64,000 nucleotides of DNA from Harriotta raleighana (taxonomy: Eukaryota), in assembly GCA_050575255.1 (NCBI GenBank), contig JBNZDD010013652.1:2637080-2701079 (forward strand). The letters run 5' to 3'. A program made the translations under genes and the position numbers. The stretch's first letter is position 1, and every line of letters starts with the position of its first letter. The notes under the pieces were generated by a model that was given only the letters and a program-made list of their open reading frames with translations, searched no databases and was not told the DNA's origin. Shown one piece after another: positions 22,951 through 34,665 of this stretch.

Positions 22951-25900
22951 TATGTAACACTTTATCATATTTTCAAGACTCACGAAGGGCTTCACATGAT
23001 TTTACTGTGAGTCAGAAGCAAGAATGCTATCAACTGAGCCAGCCTGATCCCGGAATTACAATATTTCCAAGGGATTGTGAGAGGAAATCCAGATAGCATT
23101 CCTGTTCCTGGTCCCTCTTCCACTCTAGGTAATGCATACGTTTGTGTTTTTTATAAATTTAGTATATCCCAATTATTTTTTCTAATGTTTTCCCTATTGA
23201 CAAATGTCTCTCTGCAAACCATCTGACCTCTGTGCAACTGCAAGTAGGAAAGGCCGGCTCTTAAACTTTCTAACCAAAAGAAAAAATATTCAATGATAAT
23301 ATTGTTGTGGTGCTTACGTCCTGTAATGCCTTGAACACTGGCATGTTTATTGAGCTACATTGATTTTCATGTACACACATTTAGGCAATTCACACAGAAA
23401 CTTGCCTCGGGGAAATTCTAATTCCTTTAAGCTGCTCTTAAAGTGGAAGCGGGGGACGACATGCTATTTGTTTTCATTCTAATGCTTCAATACAGTGGGG
23501 AACAGGATCATTAACAATCACAGAAATACTGATCTGTTTGTTTCAAGAAACCTTCAGCCTCCAGAGCTCAATGTTTCACCAGTAGTTTAGTAAGAATTGG
23601 GGCATATAGAGAGAAGGTGCCCTCCATGCCTGTGTTTTAAATGTTATTGCCAAGGGCAGTGGTTTAATTTTCTAATTTCTCTTTTTTTCACTTGAGATAA
23701 CTATTTGGCTACCTCAATGTTTCCTGTCTAGGTAACATATAGCTGGAAGGGAAGGAGAATCCTAATCATCTAGTCACAGCCTGTTAATAGGAACATCCTG
23801 CTCTGAATGAAGCCTTCTCATTGAACAGATCATTCTATTATGCTAGGTTCAGCCCGTGCTTCTTGTCACACAAAGAGCACTGCTCAGCAAGCAGAGGTGC
23901 TGATAGTGACGGGTGAAGTCAGTGCCTTTATTTAAAAATAAAGCCCTGAGATTGCCTTTCCTTGTATTGCCGCCAGTGCTGACCAACACACTTCAAAGCC
24001 CCAGACTTGGCATTGTCTTTGCATTGATGTAAAACAGAGAGCGAGTTGGTTGCCTCCATGAACTTGAAATTCTCCAGGGCCCATTCTAAATAGCATTTTA
24101 AAAGTGCCTTTCCACAAGGCACCTTAATTGCCATGCACCTTAAAACTGCATCATCCAATGTTGCAATAAAACGAAATGCTTTAAATTGATTATTGGCAAG
24201 TAACTCTCATTTGGCCGACATATAGAAATATAGTCACACTGCTTTACAGTACAGTATATCCTGTGAAGTACTTTAGACATCTCAATTGAGTGATAAGTGC
24301 TATATCAAATGAAAGGGATTATTATTATTGATTTGCAGCAAGATCTCACAAACAGCCATGAGGTGAATGATTAATTTTGTTTTGAAGATTGTTCTGAACA
24401 ATAATGTCACAATATCCTAATGCCCATTTGAGAACAGATAGGACTTCAGTTTAACATTTTAGCCTAGACAATGAAGTGATTCATTCCCCAGTACCACAGT
24501 TGAGTGTCAACCTTTGATTATGAGCGCAAGTCCCAAAATGATACAAAACGATTTATTTGTGATGCTTCAAGCTAGAACATTCTGACCCTCGGGTGGGAAG
24601 GCTACCAACTGAACCATGGAAGACCTGGTCAGTAATCTCAGCAGAACCTATATAAATTGTGCTAAAATCCCTCCCTGTTTGCACAATTCTTCTCAAAAAG
24701 GAGAAACAAAACAACTTCCATTGTATTTCTCTGTCCTAACAAATAATCCTTTTTTTTTAAGTATGAACATAGTTTTCAAATCATACAGTAAACAGTCGTG
24801 GGCTGTAGCTGTAGATAACAATGTGCCCAATGTTTCCTTCTCTTTTGCTGAATTCAAATGCAAGAGGTTGGTTGTTAAGGAGAAGGGATGGGGGTGGTTG
24901 TCAATAAAACTGCTCGATATCTTAGCTTAATTGAGTGTTGCACAATTGATCTCTTTAGCACAATGTAATATTCTTTGTCTAGGTGCCAAACTGTCTTTGA
25001 CTAATTTTTCATGTAAATTGAGCAATTTGCATGAAGTCTATATATTTCTGTTCTCTCCTGTCAATGCTGCTTTAAAAAATAGGAAAGTCTTTAACATCAA
25101 ACATGGGTAGAGAATATCCACCTGTTTGTAGTGTTTGCCTAGAGCCTTTATTGCAAAGTAAAATTGTGGCTCTTTAATTGTTACCCTACAGAACAAGAAT
25201 TCATCTATGTACATATATAATATATACACACAGTATTTTGTGCACATACAAATGATAGTGAAATACCAAACCTGTAAGTATAAATAAAAGTTGTTAATTA
25301 ATTCTCTTATGGTTAATATAGTATTCATGGTGGTGTCCATACTTTTTATTTCCCTATAATCTGTAGTAATAGAACACCTATGCCAATTACTGCAGTTTAT
25401 GTTCAATCTCGGGAAGAGCTTTCCGGCTGTCCGGATCCGATGGCGGCTTCAGGATGTACTTTGGCGTAGTTTAAACAATTCCGAAATAATAGCAATACAA
25501 GAAGGGAGCATGTAATAGGGAGCATGTTTTCTTAACCTGAATTTCAGTCAGTGCTGCTGCTTGCGAAGAAGTGCCCAGCACTGGAAGTTGACTTGTCTTT
25601 TGAAAACTTTCAAAAGGAAAGGTAGAAGCTCACAGTGATATTTAGGAGAAATCCCGAGTTGATGACTTTTAGGCACTAATGAAACAGTGGGGACCCAAAC
25701 TCTCTGAAACTAGTTTCAGCTCACATAGCGTGATCAAGCACAAGGCAAGCATTACAGTTTCTTTAGAGCAATTGGAATAAAGTTAAAAACACTTTGGGGA
25801 TCAAATTTCCACCCAGGTCTAGATTTGCTCTTTGTTTATAGTATTTCAGATGTCCAGAATGTGGGCAAGCAGGTTGAATTTTGATGCCATTTTTCTGTAA

Positions 25901-26744
25901 ATTCTTATAAGAACTACAGAAAACTGGCTTCAAAGTAAAGAACTGAATTAATCAATTGTCAAATAAAGTAAATTTAGACCCAGGTAGTATTTCTCTCCAT
26001 TGAAGCTACTTGTTGTTTTACTGTGCACCTATATTCAAAGCATGCAGTTAAACCTTTGTGGTTCTCATTCATTCAATGCTAGTGTATTAATAGTGCACCT
26101 AAAATGTTCAAGTTTAATGCAGTGTTTGCAGAATATGGTGTATATTTGTTTTTGTATAGCCTCAAGTTACATTATTGACCATTCAAAACAGCTTGTTTTA
26201 TAAATCAAATGGGACCTTCTAAACCACTCTTCTTGATTGGCCAAGGCTTTGTGCTTGTTCCTCGCGTCCTCCACCCTCAGCTTTGAGTGTGGTTCCACAT
26301 TGTTAAGCGCTCTGAGATGCTACACTGGGTGGAGGTCACTATATAAGTAGAAGTTGTGGTTGATGTTCTGTACGCATCATAAAATTTTGTTAATTACATT
26401 CTTAAATATAGCACTAAATCCAGCACAGCTGGACCACTGAATTTTTGACAGACTGTCCCACTCATGAACTTCAATACAGTTTCGGAGACTAGCATTGCCT
26501 TTTTGGAACTGAAAGAAAAATCTTTGTGGGACATTGCTGTGCGTGATTGTGCTGCCTAGTTTGCCTACAAATAAACTGTCACTCCATTTCACAGAGAATC
26601 CATTAATAAGTATCAGCCTGGCTCAGTTGGTAGCATTCTACATCCATGTGAACTGTCTTGCGTTCTGAAAAGGAATTATTCTGAAAATAATAGAGAATGC
26701 ACTGCTGATTTTAATATAAAAACGAGAAACACATGCTGTGCTCT

Positions 26745-27142
26745 ACAATCTGGCTCAGTTGATAGTACTTTCGGGTTGTATTTCAGGTCCTGTAACTTCA
26801 TACTGTACTTGAAAGCTGCTTGAAAGGGAGCGCTGCTTTATAACATTCAGATGACATGTTAAACTAAGTTCTTGTCTGCTGTTCATGTGGATGTTGAAGA
26901 TCCCAATGGATTATTCGAACAGAGAAGGTGGTTTCTCCCAGTGCCCTTAACAACCAATCCTCCAGGTGTTTGGGTCATTCACTTCATCACTGTTGTTGTG
27001 ACATTGATGTGTGCAAACTGACTGCCGCGTTCAACTACAAAATATACAGTCACAGCACTTTACAGTAAATCCTGTGAATTGCTTTGAAACATCCTACGAA
27101 TGGCAAAGACACTACATGATATGCAAGAATGATTGTTATTAT
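26745..27142 (+). mobile_element. Older Deu-type SINE
   Basis: TGGCTCAGTTGATAGTAC head, CAGATGACATGTTAAAC, GGATGTTGAAGATCCCAATGG, core TGTGTGCAAACTGACTGCCGCG, tail ATGCAAGAATGATTGTTATT. Confidence 0.65.
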
Positions 27143-27352
27143 TCATAAAAGGCATCACATTTAACAGCATTCTTGCCAATAATTGTTACACTTAATGATT
27201 AATAGCTATGCATTAAAAAAATTCAACCATTTACTCAAGGTCAGATTTGTTAAAGGAAAATTATAATACCATTTTCCAAAAGAGATCTTAAAAAGTGATA
27301 TTGGACATGGGAAAAAAAGGATTTCCCCATATCTCAATGAACTAAATCCTAC

Positions 27353-27719
27353 TTGTCTTTTTGTGAATGGAGGCATGGCAGAATGTTTTGCTTTATTAAG
27401 ATAGGGAACCAAGGTATTTTCACTTTTAACACCTAAATTTCAGCATCATGTACAAAATGAAGTCAAGGGCACTGTATCACAATGAGTATTTATTTATATA
27501 TTTATCAATTTGTTATCAGTTACGTTCAGATGTAGCANTTGTCTTTTTGTGAATGGAGGCATGGCAGAATGTTTTGCTTTATTAAGATGGAACCAAGGTA
27601 TTTTCACTTTTAACACCTAAATTTCAGCATCATATACAAAATGAAGTCAAGGGCACTGTATCACAATGAGTATTTATTTGTATATTTATCAATTTGTTAT
27701 CAGTTACGTTCAGATGTAG
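27353..27719. repeat. ~183-bp tandem duplication around a single N (27538); probable assembly artefact
   Basis: 27353-27535 vs 27539-27719 differ by a 2-nt indel and two substitutions. Confidence 0.85.
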
Positions 27720-28689
27720 TGTAGATTAAATACATAGTAAACTCCCATTATAACCCATCTGAAGTTTGCATATCAAAACAGTGGCGTTTTGTTTTCTGCA
27801 ATGAACGATCATCATGGTCTTTTTGGAATGAACCATGACAATTTCGTACCAAATTATAGACAGATCTGTGCTATGAGCCCGCAGCTACAAAGCACTGGAA
27901 TGAGCCTGTCCAACCTTATTTCATCTCGGACCTGTAGTGCCATCAGACAAGAGAGACTTTCAACCTATCAGTCCGAATAGGAATCAAACCCAGGCCCTGA
28001 AGGTGAAAGGTCTTTCCAATTCAGTACATTACTACTACAACAGAGTTTATTTTTCTCCACATGTCCTGGCCGATACTTCCCCAAATAAAATTGGTCATTT
28101 GTTTCATGGCTGTGTGTGGGACATTGCTGTCCAGCGTGTTTGTGCTACCGAGTTTGCCTACAAATAAACAGTCATTCCATTTCACAGTGAATCCTGTAAA
28201 GAGCTTTGAGACGTCCTTCTGACATGAAAAGGCGCTAAACTTGAATTTCTTATTCAAGGCCAGACTGAAGTAGATTGTGTAAGGATGGCACTTCACTTCA
28301 ATAGCTATAATGAAACTGTTCAGCAATGAGAGGCTAAATCCCACTTGTATATTTTGTTGGCTTGCAATGTTATTTTCCTTTCATATAAATTTTGGTAGAA
28401 TGTGGTGCAAAAGATGCCACAAATGAGCTGAACTGCCATCTCTTTGTACCTGAAGCTAATACAGTATTACTCATATGCTTAGCCTTAAGACCATTCCCTT
28501 AAAACTAAGGTTGTGCGGAATATGGATTAATTCAATTCAATCTTGATTTGGAATCTGATTTTCTAAAATTTTTCAATATGGCTGTTTGTGGAACGTGCTG
28601 ATGCAAAAGGCCGACATGTTTTCCTGCAAAACCAGTCACTACACTACGATTATGACATACAGAGTGCTTTGAGATATTTCTATCAAGCT

Positions 28690-29122
28690 CTTCAAAGGAT
28701 ATACTGTACTTTGAAGTGCAGTTAATATGTATTTTGTGAACATGGTAGCCAATTTGCACCCAGCAATGTCCCACAAACTAATGAAGTGACCAGGGGATTG
28801 TTGGCCCAGAAACTCTGTTCGCTTTTCAAATAGTGCATGGGATCTATAGTGTTTATTTGACTATATGGATAGGCGCTTGAATTAAAGCCTCATCTGTAAG
28901 ACACTTCTCCAAAAATACAACATACCCTCAGCATTTGCTTACAGTGTCAGCATTTGCTTAATGTGAATTAATAGATCTGATGGAATGGTAATGGACAAGG
29001 GTTAAATGTGTTCAAATTAAATCACTGAACCCCTAAATCTGACTCAATTACTTCAAATCCCTACTTGAAGCTTAGACCCCAAACCTTTTTATTAAAAGGC
29101 GAATGTGCCATCAATTGAGACC
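28690..29122 (-). mobile_element. Older Deu-type SINE carrying an 85-bp foreign insert
   Basis: GGTAGCCAATTTGCACCCAGCAATGTCCCACAAAC core; CTCATCTGTAAGAC..CCCTCAGCA..AGTGTCAGC; head-like AAACCTTT..AGGCGAATGTGCCATCAATTGAG after the insert. Confidence 0.6.
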
Positions 29123-29721
29123 CTGATATCCTTGATGATTCAGCTTTGCAATGCAATTCAAAGATAAAGAAGCTCCCCACAACCACCACTACCTCCACCT
29201 CCACTGCCTGGGCCTGGACATTTTTCCAACGTATTAAAGTATCTATTCAGCAATTTCAATGTGCCAGCATTAAATCACTGATACTGCTGGTACGTGAGAG
29301 GCACAAGGATGTAAACGTCAAGCAGGGAGCCAAAATTGGCACTGGAGAGTTGTAAAAGAATTCAAATGAAATTATTTTTACTTGAGATGTTTGATGTAGG
29401 AATCTAGGCTGATGATGAAAGGCGATAAAGTGATCACAAATATTTACAATATACATTAAACAGATAAACTTGACAAGGAATTTAAAAAGGTTTCTTGCAG
29501 ATTTTCGGTACCTAAATCAGCCAATTCATTCAAATAAAAACTGTTTGTGATAAATTCATCTATATCTCTGAAGTGGTGAAAATGTGCAATGAATAACAAT
29601 TAACAAATGAAAAAACAGTGGTCGAGCAATTGAGTTAGATTTAGGGTCTCCGTGATTTAACTTGAACAGATTTAATGGGTACCCAGTTGTACATAATTAC
29701 CGTTCCATCAGACCTATTAAT
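28967..29721. repeat. Imperfect inverted repeat, arms 28967-29051 and 29626-29721
   Basis: ATTAATAGATCTGATGGAATGGTAAT...TTAAATGTGTTCAAATTAAATCAC..CCCTAAATCTGACTCAATT aligns with the reverse complement of the right arm. Confidence 0.85.
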
Positions 29722-30099
29722 ATCTGACAGTGAATAATCTGGATCTGATGATGAGTGCTGTCTATTTATTTCTCTAATGGAGCAGTAATGATGGTGGTTA
29801 TTATTCATTGCAACAAATTGGTGTAAAAGTGAGGTTAATTGTTAATGAAGAGGCTTTATTGGCTCGTCAGGAATGTAATGAATTGGAGGCTGGACTTTCA
29901 GATACTGAGCATGGTATAACATAATGTAATCTTTAACAAATGAAAATGCTAAAATTAACTAATAATAGAGATCCAAAGGAGAATTGAGTTTCTCCGAGTT
30001 TATTAGCTGCTGGAAAATTGGTACCCAAATATTACTAGTCTGTTGTTTGCAGATACAGTACACAGAACTAACATCACCCTCCGTATCTCTTACTCTTGT

Positions 30100-30428
30100 G
30101 TGCAATCCTGTAGCTCAGTGGTTAGAGCACTCGCCTTACAAGGTGAGAACTGCGTTCGAAATCAGGCAGGTTAGGGCGAAACCTTGGGCAAGTTTCCTTC
30201 TTCCACATACCTAATAATGATCCTTCCAAAAAAACACAATAATAAAATTGATCATTTCAATCCACGCCTGTCTGTGGGATACTGCTATGCGCAATTGACA
30301 ACCTCATTACGCCTACAAATATACAGTCAATTTACTTTAGAATTTATTCTGTGAATCGTTTTGAGATGTCTAGAAGATGTGAAAAGCTCTACATCAAATA
30401 CAAGGATTATTATTATTATTATTATTAT
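30100..30428 (+). mobile_element. tRNA-head Deu-type SINE, full length
   Basis: A box TAGCTCAGTGG, B box-like GTTCGAAATC, Deu core, tail CAAGG(ATT)n. Confidence 0.9.
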
Positions 30429-30526
30429 CGGAGGTGCCATTGTTCAGATGCAAAGTTCAACCAAGGCCTGTCTCATTAACATATTCTTCTGGTGGATGCT
30501 AAAGATCCTATGGCACTATTCAAAAA

Positions 30527-30848
30527 TAAAGGAATTTTCTCCGAGTCTCGTGGCTCATGGCTGCCATGGGATCCTTCTGTGGGTAAAATGGATGTCATTC
30601 ATTTCCATAAGAAAAGTTACTCTACTAATACCCAACTGTAAAGCAAATCCTGTGAGGCACTTTGAAATATTTTGATGCAGTCTGGTGTAAAGGAATTTTC
30701 TCCGAGTCTCGTGGCTCATGGCTGCCATGGGATCCTTCTGTGGGTAAAATGGATGTCATTCATTTCCATAAGAAAAGTTACTCTACTAATACCCAACTGT
30801 AAAGCAAATCCTGTGAGGCACTTTGAAATATTTTGATGCAGTCTGGTG
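30527..30848. repeat. Perfect 161-bp tandem duplication
   Basis: 30527-30687 identical by eye to 30688-30848; lies in an old SINE remnant. Confidence 0.9.
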
Positions 30849-31321
30849 GTTTAAAATCTCAAGTTCTTCTTTATTTGGCCCATTGAGTCTACATGGACTC
30901 TCATAGCAAAGTCTTCTTTTAATTCCACTGCCCTGTGCTAACCCCATGCCAATTCGAGGCTCCATCTTTCATATACTTGTCTCCTTCACTCTTGAAAACC
31001 AAAATGGACTTTGTCTCTACCTCTGTACTTGCCAACGACTCCAATGTGCAATTTTGAGATTCCAAAGGATCAACATGGTATCTGAGAATTAACGATTATT
31101 GTATCACAGACCAGCTCTAAGTCCATGAAGTTCTGTCATGAATAGATCCAAGCAAGTTGTTCCTGTATTCTGAAACAGAATTATTCTGTAAATAATAGAC
31201 ACCACTATCAATTTCTAAATCAAAATTAGCTAGACAGAAAGGATCAGGGATGTTGTTCATTTATAGAATTTCCTGTGAATTGATACACTTAATAAGACCT
31301 TTGTTAGCAACCCGTGTCAGC

Positions 31322-31484
31322 CTATATCCTGCACTTCTATGCAGATTCAGCTATAGAACTGTATAAAAAAAGTTACACTGTCTTAAATACAATTGTAAGC
31401 TGTTTCNCTATATCCTGCACTTCTATGCAGATTCAGCTATAGAACTGTATAAAAAAAAGTTACACTGTCTTAAATACAATTGTA
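31322..31484. repeat. ~76-bp duplication around a single N (31407); probable assembly artefact
   Basis: 31322-31397 vs 31408-31484 differ only in A-run length. Confidence 0.85.
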
Positions 31485-31623
31485 TTTCGTGATCACACCA
31501 ATGTTGATTGCTCCTGTTGAATGTTAACAGCTCAGATCATTTGCATGTGAAAAGCAGGAATGCAGTAATTTCCTTGCTCTGCGTGATATTGTTCTGAAAT
31601 GTCTATATGTTTTATTTCTCAAG

Positions 31624-31650
31624 CACACTTTCTGGATAAAATAGTTAAAG
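31624..31650 (+). CDS. TENM3: TENM3 alternative microexon, 27 nt (AHFLDKIVK), between EGF7 and EGF8
   Basis: tttatttctcaag|CACACTTTCTGGATAAAATAGTTAAAG|gtactg; phase 1-1; matches the mammalian Ten3 insert AHYLDKIVK as recalled, 8/9 residues. Confidence 0.92.
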
Positions 31651-32440
31651 GTACTGTATGCCTTTTCCTTTCTTCTTGTTTGTTGTGCAGTCTTTGCGCG
31701 TAGAGTAAATAAGTTAACAGATACCTAACCCTCTATCGTCATCTCACTTTCATCCGTCCATGTTTCTGGGATCGATAACGGGTGCATTAACAAGGGCTTA
31801 ATACTGAATTATATCAGCAATACTTTTATCAGACGGTATATCGTACAAGTCAATTAACAGAAATAGAATTGCACTCTTACACATTGCGGTACCTTTGTTA
31901 ACCCACATACTGCAATATTTGAAAATTGCTGAAATGTAATTGAGAACAGTTAGTTCCTGGTAAGCACTATTACTGTAGTTACTGCTGGAAAAAAATAGGT
32001 CACAGAATACACCGTTTTTAAAGAGTAATTTTATCAGTAAAGAAGAAATCAATTGTAACAATGTCAAACATTGTTTGGAAGCGCTGCGTGAAACTGTTAA
32101 GTGGCTTAAAGCAAACTTGATACACGTTTTTAACGATCATGGCACCTCATCTCTCATTAATAGTATTTGTATGCTTTAACAGCATTTTTGAAATATATAT
32201 TTACTTTGAAAAAGTGTTTGTGGAGTTGCATTGCCAAACCTGGCCTATTTAAGTTTAAAGCTTGGATAGTAGACCAGTGTTTCTGCGTTAAAAGGAGCAA
32301 TAGGGATTTTATTTAATTCACTCACATTTTTGTGATTGCAAGCATCCTTTATTTTTAATTCCATTTTTATAAATACAGATTCTGGATATGCCATTACTTT
32401 TTAATTGTGTTTCCAAATTTTTCCTCCTTGTCCATAATAG

Positions 32441-32461
32441 CAGACAAGATAGGATATAAAG
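32441..32461 (+). CDS. TENM3: TENM3 alternative microexon, 21 nt (ADKIGYK; 18 nt DKIGYK if the distal AG is used)
   Basis: ttcctccttgtccataatag|CAGACAAGATAGGATATAAAG|gtaaag; phase 1-1; matches the recalled second Ten3 site-A insert DKIGYK. Confidence 0.88.
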
Positions 32462-34294
32462 GTAAAGACAAAAGCTCCAGGGAGATTGTTATGAACTATC
32501 CCTCTCTGCTCTCTGTCTTCAAGCACGTCATTTAGTGTTTTCATTTTAGTTATTTATTTGTTCATTTTATTTCCAATGCTCATTTTATTTCTGTTCAGTC
32601 TTTTTATGTTCACTGTGGTTCCTCTGGTATTACGCTTCTACTTGTCTTAAGTAGTTCGACGTGCAAAGCTATTGTTTCTGTTGAAACCCTTGTCTGTCCA
32701 GTTCAGTCCATCTGCAGCCTTGACTCTAATTTGTTAAAGAGTTAGGTGCTCTGAGCTTTGTCTCGTGTTTCTTGGCCTTTGCTTATTCCTTTAAAAGAAA
32801 TGTGAGTTTTAAATTTCTTATTTTCTAATAAGTTATAGCAGTAAATGATCTTACTCTATGTTGTTCATCTATTTATTAGCTACAATAATTTCACATGAAT
32901 AAACTCCAATTCGCGACGAGAGCGACAGATTCCATCTCTGAATTTTGGGTGCTGGAAACAAACATGGATATTGTGTGTCCTTCTGTTAGTCACGAGTCTC
33001 TTGTATTGGCTAATTCAAAATTAAAGAGCATCTGACACTTTATAGTGCATTACAAAGAAAGTATACGGTTTAATCTGGGTGAAAAAAATGAGATGCCATG
33101 CAAATCTTGTGGTGTGAATAGAGCAGTAAGTTGGATATACAGTACATGATTATCTTTTTGGAAGTCCCTTGTTATAATCATGTCTCAAACAATTCTATTG
33201 GGATCATGTTTTTCAGATGCAAATAGTCGTTTGGTTCTTTACCAATAGGTTTCCAGATCTCTGAATGGTAATTTATGTAAATTAAAATTTGACAAATTTA
33301 GTATGATGGACACCCGAACAAGTAAATAATACATTTAAATATGTTGGCAAAGGGAATATTTGAATCAATGTTTGCTTTTGGAGGCTTTTGAAGACAAGGA
33401 GAGAAATAATAAGGTTTTGGAAGGAAGTTATACAGGACTTGGGCGTGTGGTATAAAGCCTCAAATAAATGATGTAGCAAAGTGAGCAAGTATAGACAATA
33501 GATAGTATGGGAAGAATGTAAGGTGACCTTAAACAAAAAGATCTTAACAAGGATTCTGAAATACTGAAAGGAAACAGAACTTGGCGAGGTTGGAGATAAC
33601 GAGCAGAGCTCAGAAATGCTGCGTCTTTTAGATGTGGCTATTTCCTGCAATTTCCCTTTTTTTTTAAAGTTTCCTTATTTTCTTCCAGGTAATTATTGTA
33701 TGTTTCTAAGTTTTTTAAAAACAATAATTGTAGGTCAAACATAGATTTTCTTGGATTACTGAAATTGACCCGCTGTAATTAGCGTTTTTCGATTTTGTTT
33801 TTATCTTATTCTCTCCTCCCCTTTCAGTTTTTTGTCTTTGTGTTTCATGACTCAGTCATGGACCTCTTTTAGGCCTCTACAAATGCTGTATGAGACATTT
33901 GAGTCCTCCGCCACACTCCCCTCCCTTCATCTATTCAGGAAATTGCCATCTCTTCAAATGCCATCAGATAAGATGATGACACTCCGAGGATGCAATCTGT
34001 ATACTGTTACAACAATAAATTGAATTGAGATAGTGCCTTTCACATTGGGAGGGCATCCCAAGGGACTGGATAATAAACGGTTTGCACCTCAGCTGGAGCC
34101 TGAGCTAGCTGGGGCCTGGAGCCAAAGAGCAATGGAGTGGGGTGAAGATGGGAGGAAGATGTTACCCTCGCTCACAAACCTATTTTGTCTAAATTGTAGT
34201 CTAACAAGGCTTTATTGCAATACAATTTTTTAATTTTTTTTTAAAGTAATTTACTATTGTGCATATTCTTTATGCAAGAAAGCTTGAAGTTCTT

Positions 34295-34665
34295 GAACCA
34301 ATAGAGGTTTATAAAATCATGAGGGGATTCGACAGGGTGAATAAGGAAAAACTTTCCTCTGGTGGGCGAATCTGTGACTCGTGGTCACAGATTTAAAATA
34401 GTTTAAAACGAAGTAGAGGGGAGCTGAGGAGAATTTTTTTCACTCAGCGGGTTGTTCGAATCTGGAATACATTGCCTGAAAAGGTGGTGGAGGCCGATTC
34501 GATAACAGCTTTTAAAGGTGAATTAGATCTTTATTTGGGGAGAATAGGTCTGTTCGGTTATGGAGAGAGAGCTGGGCAGTGGGATTGAGTTGCTCGTTTC
34601 AAAGAGCCGGCACAGACTAGATGGGCCAAATGGCCTCCTTTTGTGCTGTAAAATTCTATGATTCT
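34295..34665 (+). mobile_element. CR1-clade LINE 3' end fragment
   Basis: ATAGAGGTTTATAAAATCATGAGGGGATTCGACAGGGTG, TTTTTCACTCAGCGGGTTGT, tail GGGCCAAATGGCCTCCTTTTGTGCTGTAAAATTCTATGATTCT. Confidence 0.85.

Noticed and set aside
25405-25470. Small CpG-rich patch with YY1-like GATGGCGGC
   Set aside because: Too short for a CpG island, motif imperfect, no other promoter evidence
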